From NCBI RefSeq assembly GCF_036365525.1, contig NC_090419.1, forward strand, positions 930,001 through 994,000: DNA of 64,000 bases. The letters are read 5' to 3'. The position numbers and the translations under genes are program-made. A model generated the notes under the pieces. The model was not told the origin of the DNA and ran no database searches. It was given only the letters and a program-made list of their open reading frames with translations. This stretch comes from Heterodontus francisci (Eukaryota). Numbering within the stretch: position 1 is the stretch's first letter; each line of letters begins with the position of its first letter. Below are positions 24,101-36,090 of the stretch, piece after piece.

Positions 24101-26960
24101 CGGTTATGATATAGTTGCAATTACAAAGACATGGCTGCAGGGTAAGCTGGGATGGGAAGTGAACATCCAGGAGTATTCAATATTTAGGAAGGACAGACAA
24201 AAAGTGAAAGGAGGTGGGGTAGCATTGTTAGTAAAGGAGGCAATCAGTACAATACTGAGGAAGGATATTAGCTCAGAAAATCATGATGTGGAAGCTGTAT
24301 AGGTGGAGCTAAGAAACACCAAGGGGCAGAACACGTTGGCGGGGGTTGTCTATAGGCCCCCAAACAGCAGTGGAGATGTAAGAGATGGCATTAAACAGGA
24401 AATTAGTGATACATGCAATAAGGGTACAATTGTAGTCTACATATAGATTGGGCAAACCATATTAGCAATATTACTGTGGAGGTGGATTTCCTGTAATGTG
24501 TACATGACGGTTTTTAGACCGATACGTTGAGGAACCAACTAGAGGACAGGCCATCCTAGACTGGGTATTGCGCAATGAGAAAGGATTACTTAACAATCCT
24601 GTTGTGAGGGGTCCCTTAGGGAGGAGCGACCATAACATGATAACATTCTTCATTAAGATGGAGAGTGAAGTAATTGAATCCGAAACTAGAATCCAGAATC
24701 TAAATAAAGGAAAGTACGAAGGTATGAGGCACGAGGTGGCTTTGGTAGATTGGGGAACTTTACTAAAAGAATAAACGGTGGATAGGCAATGGATAACATT
24801 TAAAGAATCTGTCAATGAATTAGAACAGTTATTCATTCCTGTCTGGTGTAAAAATAAAACCGGGAAGGTGATCCAGCCGTGGCTTCCAAAATAAGTTATG
24901 GATAGTATAAAATCCAATGTCGAAGCATATAAAATTTCCAGAAAAAGCAGCAATTCTGAGGATTAGGAGCAGTTTAGAATTCAGCAAAGAAGGACAAAGA
25001 GGTCGATTTCGGGGAGGAAAATAGAGTATGAGAGTAAACTTGCGGGGAACATAAAAACTGACTGTAAAAGCTTCTATAAATTTGTGACAAGGAAAAGATT
25101 AGTGAAGGCAAATGACTTACAGTCAGAAACGGAGGTAATTATAATGGGTAACAAAAATGGCAGAACAATTAAACACATTCTTTAGTCTGTTTTCACAAAG
25201 GAGGGCATAAATAACCTTGCAGAAATTTTAGGGAACCAGGGGGTCTAATGAGAGAGAGAGGAACTGAAGGAAATAAGAATTAGGAAAAAAAGATATTGCT
25301 AGGGAAACTAATATGGTTCAAGGCTGACAAATCCCCAGGGCCTGATAATACACATCCCAGAGTACGAAAGGAAGTGGCCCTGGAAATAGTGGATGGTGGT
25401 CATCGTCCAAAATTTTATAGACTCTGGAACAGTTCCTACACATTGGGGGGGGGGGGGGTGGCAAATGTAATCCCACTATTTTTTTAAAAAGGAGGGAGAG
25501 AAAAAAAGGGAATTTCTGACCAGTTAGCCTTACATCAGTAGTGGTGAAAATGCTAGAGTCTATTATAAAGGATGTGATGGCAGAACACCTGGAAAGAAGA
25601 AATGGGATTCGACAAAGTCAGCATGGGTTTACAAAAGAGAAATCATGCTTAACAAAACTACTGGAGATTTTTGAGGATGTAACTAGTAGAATAGATAAGG
25701 AAAACGAGTGCATCTGGTGTCTTTGGATTTTCAGAAGGCTTTTGATAAGGTCCCACATAAGAGGTTGCTGTGCAAAATTAAAGCACGTGGGAGTGGAGGT
25801 AATACACTAGCATGGATTGAGAATTGGTTGACAGACAGGAAACAGAGGGTAGGAACAAACGGTACTTTTTTCCAGGTGGCAGGCAGTGACTAGTGTGGTA
25901 CCATGGGGATCAGTTCTTGAGCCCCAGTTATCCACAATATATATTAATTAATTGGGTGAAGGAACTAAATGTAACATTTCCAAGTTTGCAGACCGCACAA
26001 AGCTGGGGGGTGGGGCCGGGGCCGGGGCCGGTGGGTGGTCGGGGGTGGTGGGGGGGGGAGGTTATGTGAGCTGCAAGGAGGATGCAAAGAAGATCCAATG
26101 TAATTTGGACATGTTGAGTGAGTGGGCAAATGCATGGCAGATGCAGTACACCGTGGATAGATGTGAGGTTATCCACTTTGTAAAAACAGAAAGGCAGATT
26201 ATTATCTGAATGGTGATAGATTGTGAAATGGGGATGTGCAACGAGACCTGGGTGTCATTATACACCAGTCACTGAAAGCAAGCATTCAGCTGCAGCAAGC
26301 AGTTAGGAAGGCAAATGGTATGTTGGCCTCCATTGCAAGAGAACTTCTGTTCAGGAGCAAGGATGTCTTAGTGCAGTTATACGGGGCCTTGGTGAGGCCA
26401 CATCTGCAGTATTGTGTGCAATTTTGGTCTCTTTATCTAAGGAAGGATCTTCCTGCCATGGGGGCTGTGCAAAGATGATTTACTAGGCTGATTCCTGGGA
26501 TGGCAAGGTTGACGTAGAAGGAGATTGGATTGACTTGGTCTGCATACGCTAGAGATTTGAAGACTGACAGGGGATCTCATAGAAACCCTATGAGATTCTA
26601 ACAGGACTGGACAGGCTCGATGCTAAGAGGATGTTCCCGATGTCTGGGGAGTCCAGAACCAGGGGTCACAATCTCAGGATATGGGATATGCCATTTAGAA
26701 CCGCGAAGAGGAGAAATTTCTTCTCTCAGGCAGTGGTAAACCTGTGGAGTTCTCTAACGCAGAACACAGTGGAGGTGAAGTTATTAAATATATTCAAGAA
26801 GGAGATAAATATATTTCTTAGTGCCAAAGAGATCAAGAGATATGGGGCGAAAGCAGGAACTGTGTACTGTATTACACTGATCTTTTTTAAATGGTGGAGT
26901 AGGCCTGAGGGGCCGAATGGCCTACCCCTACTATTTTTTGTTTCAATGTTTCCACGTTTC
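21170..26960 (+). mobile_element. Near full-length decayed CR1 LINE: 5'UTR repeats, ORF1 (Zn-finger, coiled coil, GDSL-like esterase) and ORF2
   Basis: ORF1 MAGEHARVICSSC..CRTC, VMGDSIV, VVHIGANN; ORF2 LNAWNIRNKVDEL, DFQKAFDKVPH, SKFAD; many stops and frameshifts. Confidence 0.85.
22284..23407 (-). mobile_element. Relatively young 5'-truncated CR1 nested in ORF1 of the older CR1
   Basis: RT GVPQGSVLGPLLFVIYINDL..KFADDTK nearly intact; (TTCTTTG)n tail. Confidence 0.9.
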
Positions 26961-27149
26961 AATGTCTGTAGTTACCAATGTCTCATTTTGTAAACAGGGT
27001 GTGAAATTTGTATTCCTCCAGAATCACTTTGAAGGATTCAAAGAGTCTGGGCATTGCCTCCTCTATTTCCACGTTTGCTTCCTTCTGCAACGCTCAAAAA
27101 TCCCATTTGGCCTGGGTAAATGTTTTATTTTATTGTGGTACAAAAAGTG

Positions 27150-27260
27150 CCGGATTGAAAGGGGTTAACTGCACCTCTTTGTTCAGTGACTAACTAATGT
27201 CAGTCCTCATGGACCGTAATTGTGTCACTGGAGGGTTTCTGATTTCTATTAATAAATGCC
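27150..27260 (+). promoter_or_regulatory. Conserved upstream block of copy B (putative promoter)
   Basis: TTGAAAGGGGTTAACT..TTTGTTCAGTGAC..TAATTGTGTCACTGG..TATTAATAAA shared with copies C and D. Confidence 0.55.
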
Positions 27261-27375
27261 TGCTTTCAATGACATAGGTTATAGTTGTGAGTTGGCAGTA
27301 ACAGTTATCAGCGGCTTCAGAGACGGGGAGAGGATAAATCACAAACTGGGGACAATAGATTGGAATATTACAACA

Positions 27376-27556
27376 ATGGATCAGGATCAGAGAACAATAG
27401 ACTGGAATGTTACAACAATGGAAAGGAGTTTCTCCTCGGAGCTTCAACAACTTTATACCCATTATCATCAAATGCAATTAGAATGGCGGATATATTACGC
27501 ACTTAAGATTATTCAATACATTTACTATCCCATCCTCGCTATTGTTGGCATCCCTG
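27376..27556 (+). CDS. GPR139-like GPCR copy B, exon 1 (N-terminus and start of TM1); start codon uncertain (in-frame ATGs at 27256, 27376, 27418)
   Basis: Encodes ...IIQYIYYPILAIVGIP; canonical phase-1 donor CCTG|GTAAGT (GT 27557-27558); homologous to exon 1 of copies C and D. Confidence 0.8.
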
Positions 27557-27624
27557 GTAAGTATCACTGTCCAACATTTAATTCTATAAGCCATATTTAA
27601 CAGCACTTCTGCTTCTGTCTTTTA

Positions 27625-28170
27625 TGATACAGTTCTGGTCACCTCATTGCAGAAAAGATGTAATTGCACTAGATAAGATGCAGAGGATATTTATGAGGAT
27701 GTTGTCAAGACTGGAAAAATGTAGATGTGGGAAAGGTCAGATAGGCTGGGGTTGTTCACATTGGAACAGAGAAGGCTTAGGGGAGTTGTGATTGAAATCT
27801 ACAAAATTTTGAGGGGCCTGGGTAAAGTGGAGGTGAAGGGTCTATTCACCTTCGCAGAGAGGTCAGTGAGGAGGACACATAGATCTCAAGTGATTGGTAG
27901 AAAAAGTAGAGGGGAGATGAGGAAAAACCTTCTCACCCAGAGGGTGGTGATAGTCTGGAACTCACTGCCTGAAAGGGTAGTTGAGGCAGATTACCTCACC
28001 TCATTCAAACTGGGTCTGGATATGCACCTACAGCTGCCGGGCTAAGGACCAAATGCTGGAAGGAGGGATTAGAATAGGTGGATCATTTTTTGACCGGTAC
28101 AAACACATTGGGCCAAGTGTCTTCTTCCTGTGCCTTAAAATTTCTATGAAACATTCTATGATTTTATATG
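27625..28170 (+). mobile_element. CR1 3' fragment in intron of copy B
   Basis: LGLFTLEQRRLRG, TQRVVIVWNSLP. Confidence 0.8.
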
Positions 28171-28479
28171 ATGCTGTTGTTGTTCCTGGTAATTCCATGT
28201 ATCCAGATTTTAACTCTAGAAACCATTGCTAACTTTAGCTCTGTTCTTGTAATTTAATCTGTCATCTTTACTGCCGTTTGTGCCCTTGCAAAGTCTCTAT
28301 CTCCTGCTATTACATCTGTAAAAACGGCTTCACTCTATTACCGTTCTTGTAATATACTCTCTCATCTTTGCTGCTGTTTGTTTCCCTGAAAAGACTTTAT
28401 TTCGAGCTAATAGATCTGTAAAACATGTTTCACTGACAGGCAGTTATTGTCATAGAAATAGTGAGAAGATTGAAACCAG

Positions 28480-29000
28480 TGTCTTTGATCTCCATCACAA
28501 AGTATGTCCCCTTTTGTTGAACTACATACCCCTCACTAGCCAAGGTCTGAGGCTGAACGATTTATTCTGCATTCTATTTAACTGTCAGCTGGATTCTGAG
28601 CCCATGTTCTGTCCATCACCAATCCTGGCTACTACCACCTCCATGATATCGCCTGTCTGCACTTCTGCCTCAGCCCTTCTGCTTCACGCACTCTCATCCA
28701 TGCCTTTTCTAAATCCACGTTCCAGTTCGAATTCAGTCCTGGTCACCCTCCCAGCTGCATATCATAATGAACAACAGATTAGCCAGAACTCTGCTGTCCA
28801 TATCCTAACTCATAAAATATCCCGTTCACGCATCACCCCTATGTTCATTGACCTATATGGCCTCGCAGTCTGGCAACAGCACAATTTTAATATTTCCAGT
28901 CTTGTATTTGAAGACCTCCATTGCTCGCCCATTCAATTAGTACCATCATCCTAACCATTTTCCATATTTCTGCAAATCTTTTGCCTTCCTGTCCCTTTCC
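28480..29000 (+). mobile_element. Old L2-like LINE fragment in intron; counterparts at 49930-50390 and 59100-59620 (minus)
   Basis: TCTGAGGCTG..ACCACCTCCATGATATCGCC..CTCAGCCC..AAATCCA shared by all three introns. Confidence 0.55.
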
Positions 29001-29269
29001 AGATTCCCTTTTATCTGAATTTCCTTCCCGCTGCATCCCTGCCTGGTCGTGATTTTCGGCTCTAAGCGCCACCAGTGCAGCAAACTCGGATCCAAACAGT
29101 GGTGCAAGCTGAGCTGCCGGCTACTGTCGTCATGCACAGTGCCCCCTGGTGGGCAGGGCTCTATCCCGGTCATACTGTGGCTGCTCCAGTCGCAAGAGAT
29201 GGATCTGAATGCGACATCACGTCATTGAATGTCAGTATCTGCATGTCTACTCAACACCTGTGTTAGTCA

Positions 29270-32200
29270 CTCTCAGCTGAACATGCGTTCAGCAGCATGA
29301 GGAAGTCTCATTGCATCAGGTCAAATATGGACAAGGAAACCTTCTGCTGATTACCACCTACTGCCCCCTCCCCCTTCAGCTGATGAATCAGTACTCCTCC
29401 ATGTTGAGCACCACGTGAAGGAAGCACTAAGGGTGTGTTGGAGAATTTTCTGAGCTTTGCTAATTATTACTTAACTTTGTAGAAATAGAAAAACAGGATG
29501 CAGCTTGTAGCTAACCTAACCAATGGTCATAAAATGTAGACAGAGCAACTGACCACAACCCACTGTCTTTGGAAGAGACAGAGCTCATGATGGATTTTGG
29601 GGAAGTGAACGCAGATTGTTCATTGCTGACTCTTCCACTTTTATCATGTTTGTCAAACCTAGCCAGAAGTAACGGCCAAATATAGTACCTGGAGTGTGTA
29701 CGTTAAATAGGGAACAATAGCTTGTTATGCTCGAACTAACGTTCGACTGACCTCGGACTCTGCATGCTGCACAGTCACGTAGTCGGTGTTGTGATCATCT
29801 TGTGGGCGTTTATCTATTGTGAAATTGTTAGCTCTGCCTCTGTTATACTATATAAATCCACGGCGATCTGTAGCTCTGGGGAGTAGCACTGGACCACCTT
29901 TAGGTAAGGTGTGCACCCCATGATATCATGCAATAAAGTGTTTGCTCTCAACGTCTGAGTCCGGAGAATTTGTTCAACAATTGGGCACAATCTGGATTTT
30001 CTCCAACAGATTGGCAAGGCGAAGAATGTACTTTTGGTGGGGGACTTCAACGTCCATCATCAGGAGTGGCTGGGTAGCACCAATGCAGACCGAGCTGGCT
30101 AAGTTCTAAAGGACATAGCTGCAAGACTGGGTCTGCGGCAGATTGTGAGGGAACCAACAAGAGGGAAAATCATACTTATTCTCACCCTCACTCTCTGCCT
30201 GCCACAGATGCATCTGTCCATGGCAGTATTGGTAGGCATGACCACCATACAGTCCTTGTGGAGACAAAGTCCCGTCTTCACATTGAGGATATCCTCGACC
30301 GTGTTGTGTGGCACTACAACCGTGCTAATAGGGATATATTTCGAACAGACATAGCTGGGCATCCACGAGGCGCAGTCGGCAATCAACAGCAGCAGAATTG
30401 CACTCAATCTGTAACCTCATGGCACGTCATATACTCCACTCTGCCATCAAACTCCGGGGATCAACCTTGGTTAAATAAAGAGGGCAGGAGCAGCAACAAG
30501 AATACCTCAAAATGAGGTGAAAACATGGTGAAGCTACAAACCAGTACTACCTGCCTGCCAAACAGCATGCGATGGACAGAGCTCAGGGATCCCACAACCA
30601 ACGGATCAGTCATAAGCTCTGCAGTCCTGCCAAATCTAGTCATGCACGGTGGTGGACAATTACATAATTAAATGGAGAAGGTGGCTCCACAAATATTCCC
30701 ATCCTCAGTGTTGTGGGAGACCAGTACAGCAGTGCAAAAGATAAGGCTGAAGGATTTACTACAATCTTCTTCCAAAAGTGCCGTATGCATGGTCCATCTA
30801 GGCTTCCTCCTGACATCCCCAGCATCACAGATGCCGGTCTTCAGCCAATTCGATTCACTCCGCGTGATATCAAGAAACAACTGAAGGCACTGGATACTGC
30901 AAAGGCTTTGGGCCCTGAAAGCATTCCGGAAATAGTACTTAAGACATGTGCTCCAGAACTTGCCGTGCCCCTAAACAATCTGTTCCAGTACAGCTACAAC
31001 ACTGGCATCTACCCGGCAGTGAGGAAAATTGCCCAGAGCTGTCCTGCACACAGAAAGCATGACAACTTCAACCTGGCCAATTACTGCCCTCTCAGTCTAC
31101 TCTTGATTGTCAGTAAAGTTATGGAAGCTGTCATTGAAAGTGCTATCAAGTAGCACTTGCTGAGCAATAACCTGCTCAATGACATTCAGTTTGGGTGCCG
31201 CCACGCCCACGCAGCTCCAAATCTCATTACAGTCTTGGCTCAAACAGAAACAACATACTGAACCTTAAAAGCGAGTTACGAATGACTGCTCTTGACATCC
31301 AGATTACACTTGACCGAATATGGATCAAGGAGCCCAAGCAAAACTGGAGCCAAATGTAACCAATGGGACATCTCTCCACTGGATGGAATCATACCTAGCA
31401 CAAAGGAAAATGGTTGTGGTTATTGGAGGCTAATCATATTGGTCCCAGGCCATCACTGCAGGAGTTCCTCAGGGTGGTGTCCTAGGCCCAATCATCTACA
31501 GTTGCTTCATCACTGATTTCCCTCAGTTATAAGATCATATGTAGGGATGTTTGCTGATGATTGCACAATGTTCTATATTATTTGTGACACCTCAGGTACT
31601 GAAGCAGCCAGTGTCTGGATGCAGCAAAAGTTGGCCAGCATCCAAGCGTGGGCTGAAAAGTGGCAAGTATCATTCGTGGCACACAGGTGCCAGGCAATAA
31701 TCACCTAAAAGAAGACAGAACCTAACGATCTGCCCTTGATATTCAATGGCATCACCATTGCTGATTTCCTTCACTATCAACATCCTGGGGGTTACCCTTG
31801 ACCAGAAACTGAACTGGACCAGCCAGAAAAATGCAATGGATACAAGGGCATTTCAAAGGCGAGCAAGTCTGCGGCCAAGAACTCACCTCTTGACACCTCA
31901 ATGTCTGTCCACCATCAACAAGACACAAGTCAGGTGTGTGATGGAACACTCACCACTTGCCTGGATGGGTGCAGCTCCAAAAACATTCAAGAAGCTACCA
32001 AACATCCAGGACAGAGCAGACTGATGGATTGGCACTCCATATACCACATTCAAGATTCATTACCTTTGCCACCTATGCACAGTGGCAGCAGTGTGTCCCA
32101 TCTCCAAGACTCACTGAAGCAACTCACCAACACTCCTTCGACAGCACCTTCCAAACGCGCGACTTCTACCACCAAGAAAGTCAGGGACAGGCAGCAGATG

Positions 32201-32397
32201 CATGGGAACAACATCACGTGCATGTTCCCCTCCAAATAATACACCATTCTGACTTGTACATTTCTTACCATTCCCGCATTGATGCTTGAAAAAATCTGGG
32301 CACTCTCTTCAGAACAGCACGGTTGGTTGATATACGCAGATCCCAAGAACTGCAGCAATTCCCAAAGACGGCTCCCCGCTGCCTTCTCATAGGCAAT
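29270..32397 (+). mobile_element. CR1/L2-clade LINE (EN-RT), decayed, in intron of copy B
   Basis: VGDFNVHHQEWLG, KALGPESIPEIVLK, GVPQG, MFADDC motifs with stops. Confidence 0.8.
29436..30008 (+). mobile_element. Solo LTR (573 bp) inside the LINE
   Basis: Perfect 10-bp terminal inverted repeat TGTTGGAGAA/TTCTCCAACA; internal TATATAAAT (~29849) and AATAAA (~29932); imperfect 5-bp TSD GGGTG/GATTG. Confidence 0.7.
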
Positions 32398-32709
32398 TTG
32401 TTTAATTTATTTAAAGATACAGCACTGAAACAGGCCCTTCAGCCCACCGAGTCTGCGCCAAACAACAGCCACCCGTTTATACTAACCCTACAATAATCCC
32501 ATATTCCCGACAGTTGGAGCAATTTACAACAGCCAAATTACCTGCCACATGCAATTCTTTGTCAGTGGGAGGAAATCGGAGCACCCCGCGAAAACTCATG
32601 CGGGTATAGAGGGAACTTGCAAACTCCACACAGGCAGTATCCAGAATCGAACCAGGGTCCTTGGAGCCGTGAGGTTGCAGTGTTAACCACTGCGCCACTG
32701 TGCCGCCCA
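32398..32709 (-). mobile_element. HE1-type SINE
   Basis: Reverse complement of 3822-4183. Confidence 0.8.
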
Positions 32710-33919
32710 TCAAGTTCTGAAGCTGCCAGTGTCTAGATGCAGCAAAACGTGGCCAACATCCAGGCTGGGCTGAAAAGTGGCAAGTAACATTCGTGGCACA
32801 GAGGTGCCAGGGATGGGCAGTAATTGCTGGCCTCATCAGCAAAGGCCACATCCCATCAACAAAAAATAATCATGTCTTTCGCCAATTTTGACACGGTGCC
32901 ACCACTGGAATTACTGGGAGTCCACCATTTGTGCTGCGCACCCAGTACCTCAAGGACTCACTGAGTACCCCTAGTGACCTCGCCTCTGCTGTGGGGTTGC
33001 AGCAATACCCCTGCTCCCAGGACTGGTGTAGCACCAACAGTGCATCCCTCTCACTGGCTAGCCCCAGTGACCCCACCACACGGACATGTTGTCTGGGGCT
33101 CCAGTGATAGGCCTGGTCCCAAGCCTGGTGCAGTACTGGCAGGAGTCCCCACCCCTTGAATGACACGGGCAACACCACAACACTTACCTGTAGTGTAGGT
33201 ATCTAGTGATGGTCCAGGTAATAAGCCTCGTGGAGTACCATCAGCATTCTATGCTCTCTGACTGGCGCCTGTGACCGCACTACACTTTACTGGTGCCTGG
33301 ACCCCAGCGATTGCCATGGTCCAAGGCATCATGCACTACTGGCAGTTTCGTCGCTCCAGATTGTATTTCTGAGACGACTGACCGGCTGGCCCTCTGACTG
33401 TCTAACAGTTTTGGCTGGTGGGATCACTGTCCTTAAAGGCATGGGAACACAGCCCGGGCAGTTAATGGCCAGAATGCTGCTAAATTATCTCAGCAGGTAC
33501 TCCGAGCAGATGAGGCACTGTTCCCCTCACCGTTCGGTCTACGGTTGGTACACAGTCCCCCGCCACAACCCCGCCCCCACCTCCCCACCCCCAACGCCCG
33601 CTCAAATAAATTTAGCGTCCTGTCTCCAGCAGAAATCCCTGCCACAAGTGCAATATTTAAATCCGTCACTGAATGTGGGAACAAATGTACACATGTGTCT
33701 ACATGAACGACTTCAAGCTGTTTTTCTTACTTCCAAACTGATGTAAAATTTCCCTGATCATTTCCCTTGTTTACTGTAAACTTAATGACGATTGACATAA
33801 TTTGTTTAATTTATCTAACTTTTCATTTCCAGTCATTGCTTTGAAATAATTGAATTCTGTGTTACTTTTCACAGTTGAGGGAATCTCTTAGTAAGACCCA
33901 CATGTAGTTTTCTGTACAA

Positions 33920-34050
33920 GAGCAAAATACAGTGGATGCTGGAAATTTGAAATACAAGCAGAAAATGCTGGAATTACGCAGCAGCTCTAGCAGCATCTGT
34001 GACGAGAGAAGCAGAGTTAATGCTTCAGGTCAGTGACCCTTCACCAGAAT
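33920..34050 (-). mobile_element. Penelope-like terminal repeat fragment; other copies at 16410-16540, 38810-38925, 45270-45395, 56520-56615, 63095-63185 (+)
   Basis: Shared motif AGATGCTGC..CCTGCTGAGT.TTTCCAGCATTTTCTG.TT..TATTTCAGATTT; family assignment from recall. Confidence 0.55.
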
Positions 34051-34330
34051 TTGGAGTGCTTAGAGATTAACAGTTTTTAAGCAGGAATAGAAGGAAGGAG
34101 GAGGAGGATTATGATCAACACTGAGTTCAACAATTTCCGCATCATCTGTTTGCCATTTATTCTCTCTGTCTTCCACCCTGTTACAGACCTTACTGTGCAT
34201 GCTTTCAAGTCCAACCATTACAACACATCAGTGGATACAGTGCCACATTTGAAAATCTCATTCAGTATTCAGTCAAACATTTGCTACCAGCCTGATGTAT
34301 AATTTCCCTGTTTATTTCCCTTCCTCACAG

Positions 34331-35226
34331 TTAACTTGGTGACGATTGTGATCCTGTCTCGGGGAAAGTGTGGTCTCTCCAAATGTGTCACTCGCTACTT
34401 GGTGGCCATGGCAGCGGCAGATCTCCTGGTAGTGATCCTTGACCTGATATTGAGGCACATTCCCATTGTTTATTACGAACAGTTTCATTTCTTGCAGTAT
34501 TCCATCCCCACGTGTAATATCCATGCCGTCCTGCTGTTTGCAGCAACAGATTTTTCTGTCTGGTTCACCGTTACTTTCACATTTGATCGATTTGTCGCCA
34601 TTTGTTGCCAGAAGCTGAAAAGTAAATATTGCACCGAGAAAATGGCAGCTGTCGTTCTGGGGACTTTGACTGTGCTGAGCTGTTTAAAGAACATGTTCTG
34701 GTATTTTATGTTCACAGGACAGTATGTTCTGGTGAACACCCCTTGGTTTTGTTTGGTAACAATGGAGGTTCTATATTCTCGAGTCTGGTCAACAATCGAA
34801 TTCCTACATTACACTCTAACTCCGGGGTTCCCATTTTTGCTGATTCTGCTGCTTAACGTCCTCACTATCAAACACATTTTAGTGAGTAGCAGAAGTCGTC
34901 AGAGACTCCGGGCTCACAGCAGTGCGGGCAGTCGCAAAGACCAAGAAATGGAGAGCCGACGGAAATCCATCGTTTTGCTGTTAGTTATCTCAGCCAATTT
35001 CATACTGTTATGGGCAGTGTTTACGGTCGTTTCAATAGGGAACCGAATGTGGTATTTGGTGTCTCTATACCTACCAGAATTTTTACAGGATATAGGTTTC
35101 ATGTTGCAGCTCCTCAGCTGCTCCACCAACACTGCGGTTTATGCCATGACCCAGACTCAGTTCAGAAAGCAGTTGAAGAATGTGCTGAAATATCCCTTTA
35201 ATAGAATTATTAAATCCAATCAATGA
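34331..35226 (+). CDS. GPR139-like GPCR copy B, exon 2 (TM1-TM7); spliced protein ~358 aa from ATG 27376
   Basis: Acceptor TTCCTCACAG|TT (AG 34329-34330) joins in frame to give GIPVNLVTIVILSRGKCGL; motifs LVAMAAADL, FTFDRFVAIC, ECL2 Cys, NTAVY; no stops until TGA 35224-35226. Confidence 0.9.
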
Positions 35227-35289
35227 TGCCAGGAAATGAATTACTGACGATTTCCAGTAGCTCCTCATTATATTCCACATTTCCAGCAG

Positions 35290-36090
35290 CCGGTGGGGTG
35301 GCGTGGGGGAGTTGGGGGGGCGGGGTTGGTGTGAGGAGGTGTGGTGGGAGAGGGGCGTCGCTGTGCCTACAGAGGAGGGTGGGGGGGAAACATGTCGCTA
35401 TGGTGACAGACTGTCGCTACAGTGATGGAGTGGGGGTGTGGCCTGACGCCAAGGAAACTGAGAGGGGGTACGAGATATGGTGATAGAGTGGAAGCGGGTT
35501 CTGCTGCAATGGTGAGAGTTTGAGGGCGGGGACTGTTCCCCTTCCTGACGGGCAAGAGGGGGTGGGGCCTGTCTCCCTTTGTGACGCTTTTGTGTGGGCA
35601 GGGAATTTTCCTCATTAAAAGGAGGCATTAGGATCGGGCCCTGGTATTCATTATGACGGTACATGAGGGCGTGGCCGTTTGCCTCCGATGACATGGAGTG
35701 GGCACGGGTCCGGCCTCCCATGGTAATAGGGAGTGGGGGAGAAACCTGTTCCCAATGGTGATGGGCGATTGGAGGTGGGACCTGCCCCCCATGATGACGG
35801 AGAAAGGAGGTAAGGCCTATTCACCATGGTGATGGGGAATGGGGCGGAGTCTGTTGTCCATGGTGACGGACGATTGTAGGTGGGGAACGTTCCCCATGGT
35901 GTTGGCAGAGTTGGGCCAAAGTCTGTTCCCCATGATAACGTGGGAGTGAGGCTGAGGCCTGTTCCATAGGGTGATGGAATACTGTGGGCGGGCTCTGTTC
36001 CTCATGATTGTGGAAAATGGGGGTGCGTCTGCACCCCATGGTGTTGGGAGAGTGGGGGTGCGCATGCTCCCTTTGGTGATGCAAGTTGTC
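35290..36090 (+). repeat. Degenerate GC-rich ~35 bp tandem array 3' of copy B
   Basis: CCATGGTGA-like core at ~35718, 35752, 35789, 35824, 35858, 35894, 35930, 35964, 36002, 36036, 36071. Confidence 0.75.

Noticed and set aside
27184-27230. CAGTGAC/GTCACTG pair as V(D)J recombination signals
   Set aside because: Not the CACAGTG heptamer, and no nonamer at 12/23 spacing.
34331-35226. Assigning the symbol GPR139
   Set aside because: Several divergent paralogs lacking motifs I recall for GPR139; orthology cannot be shown without a phylogeny.
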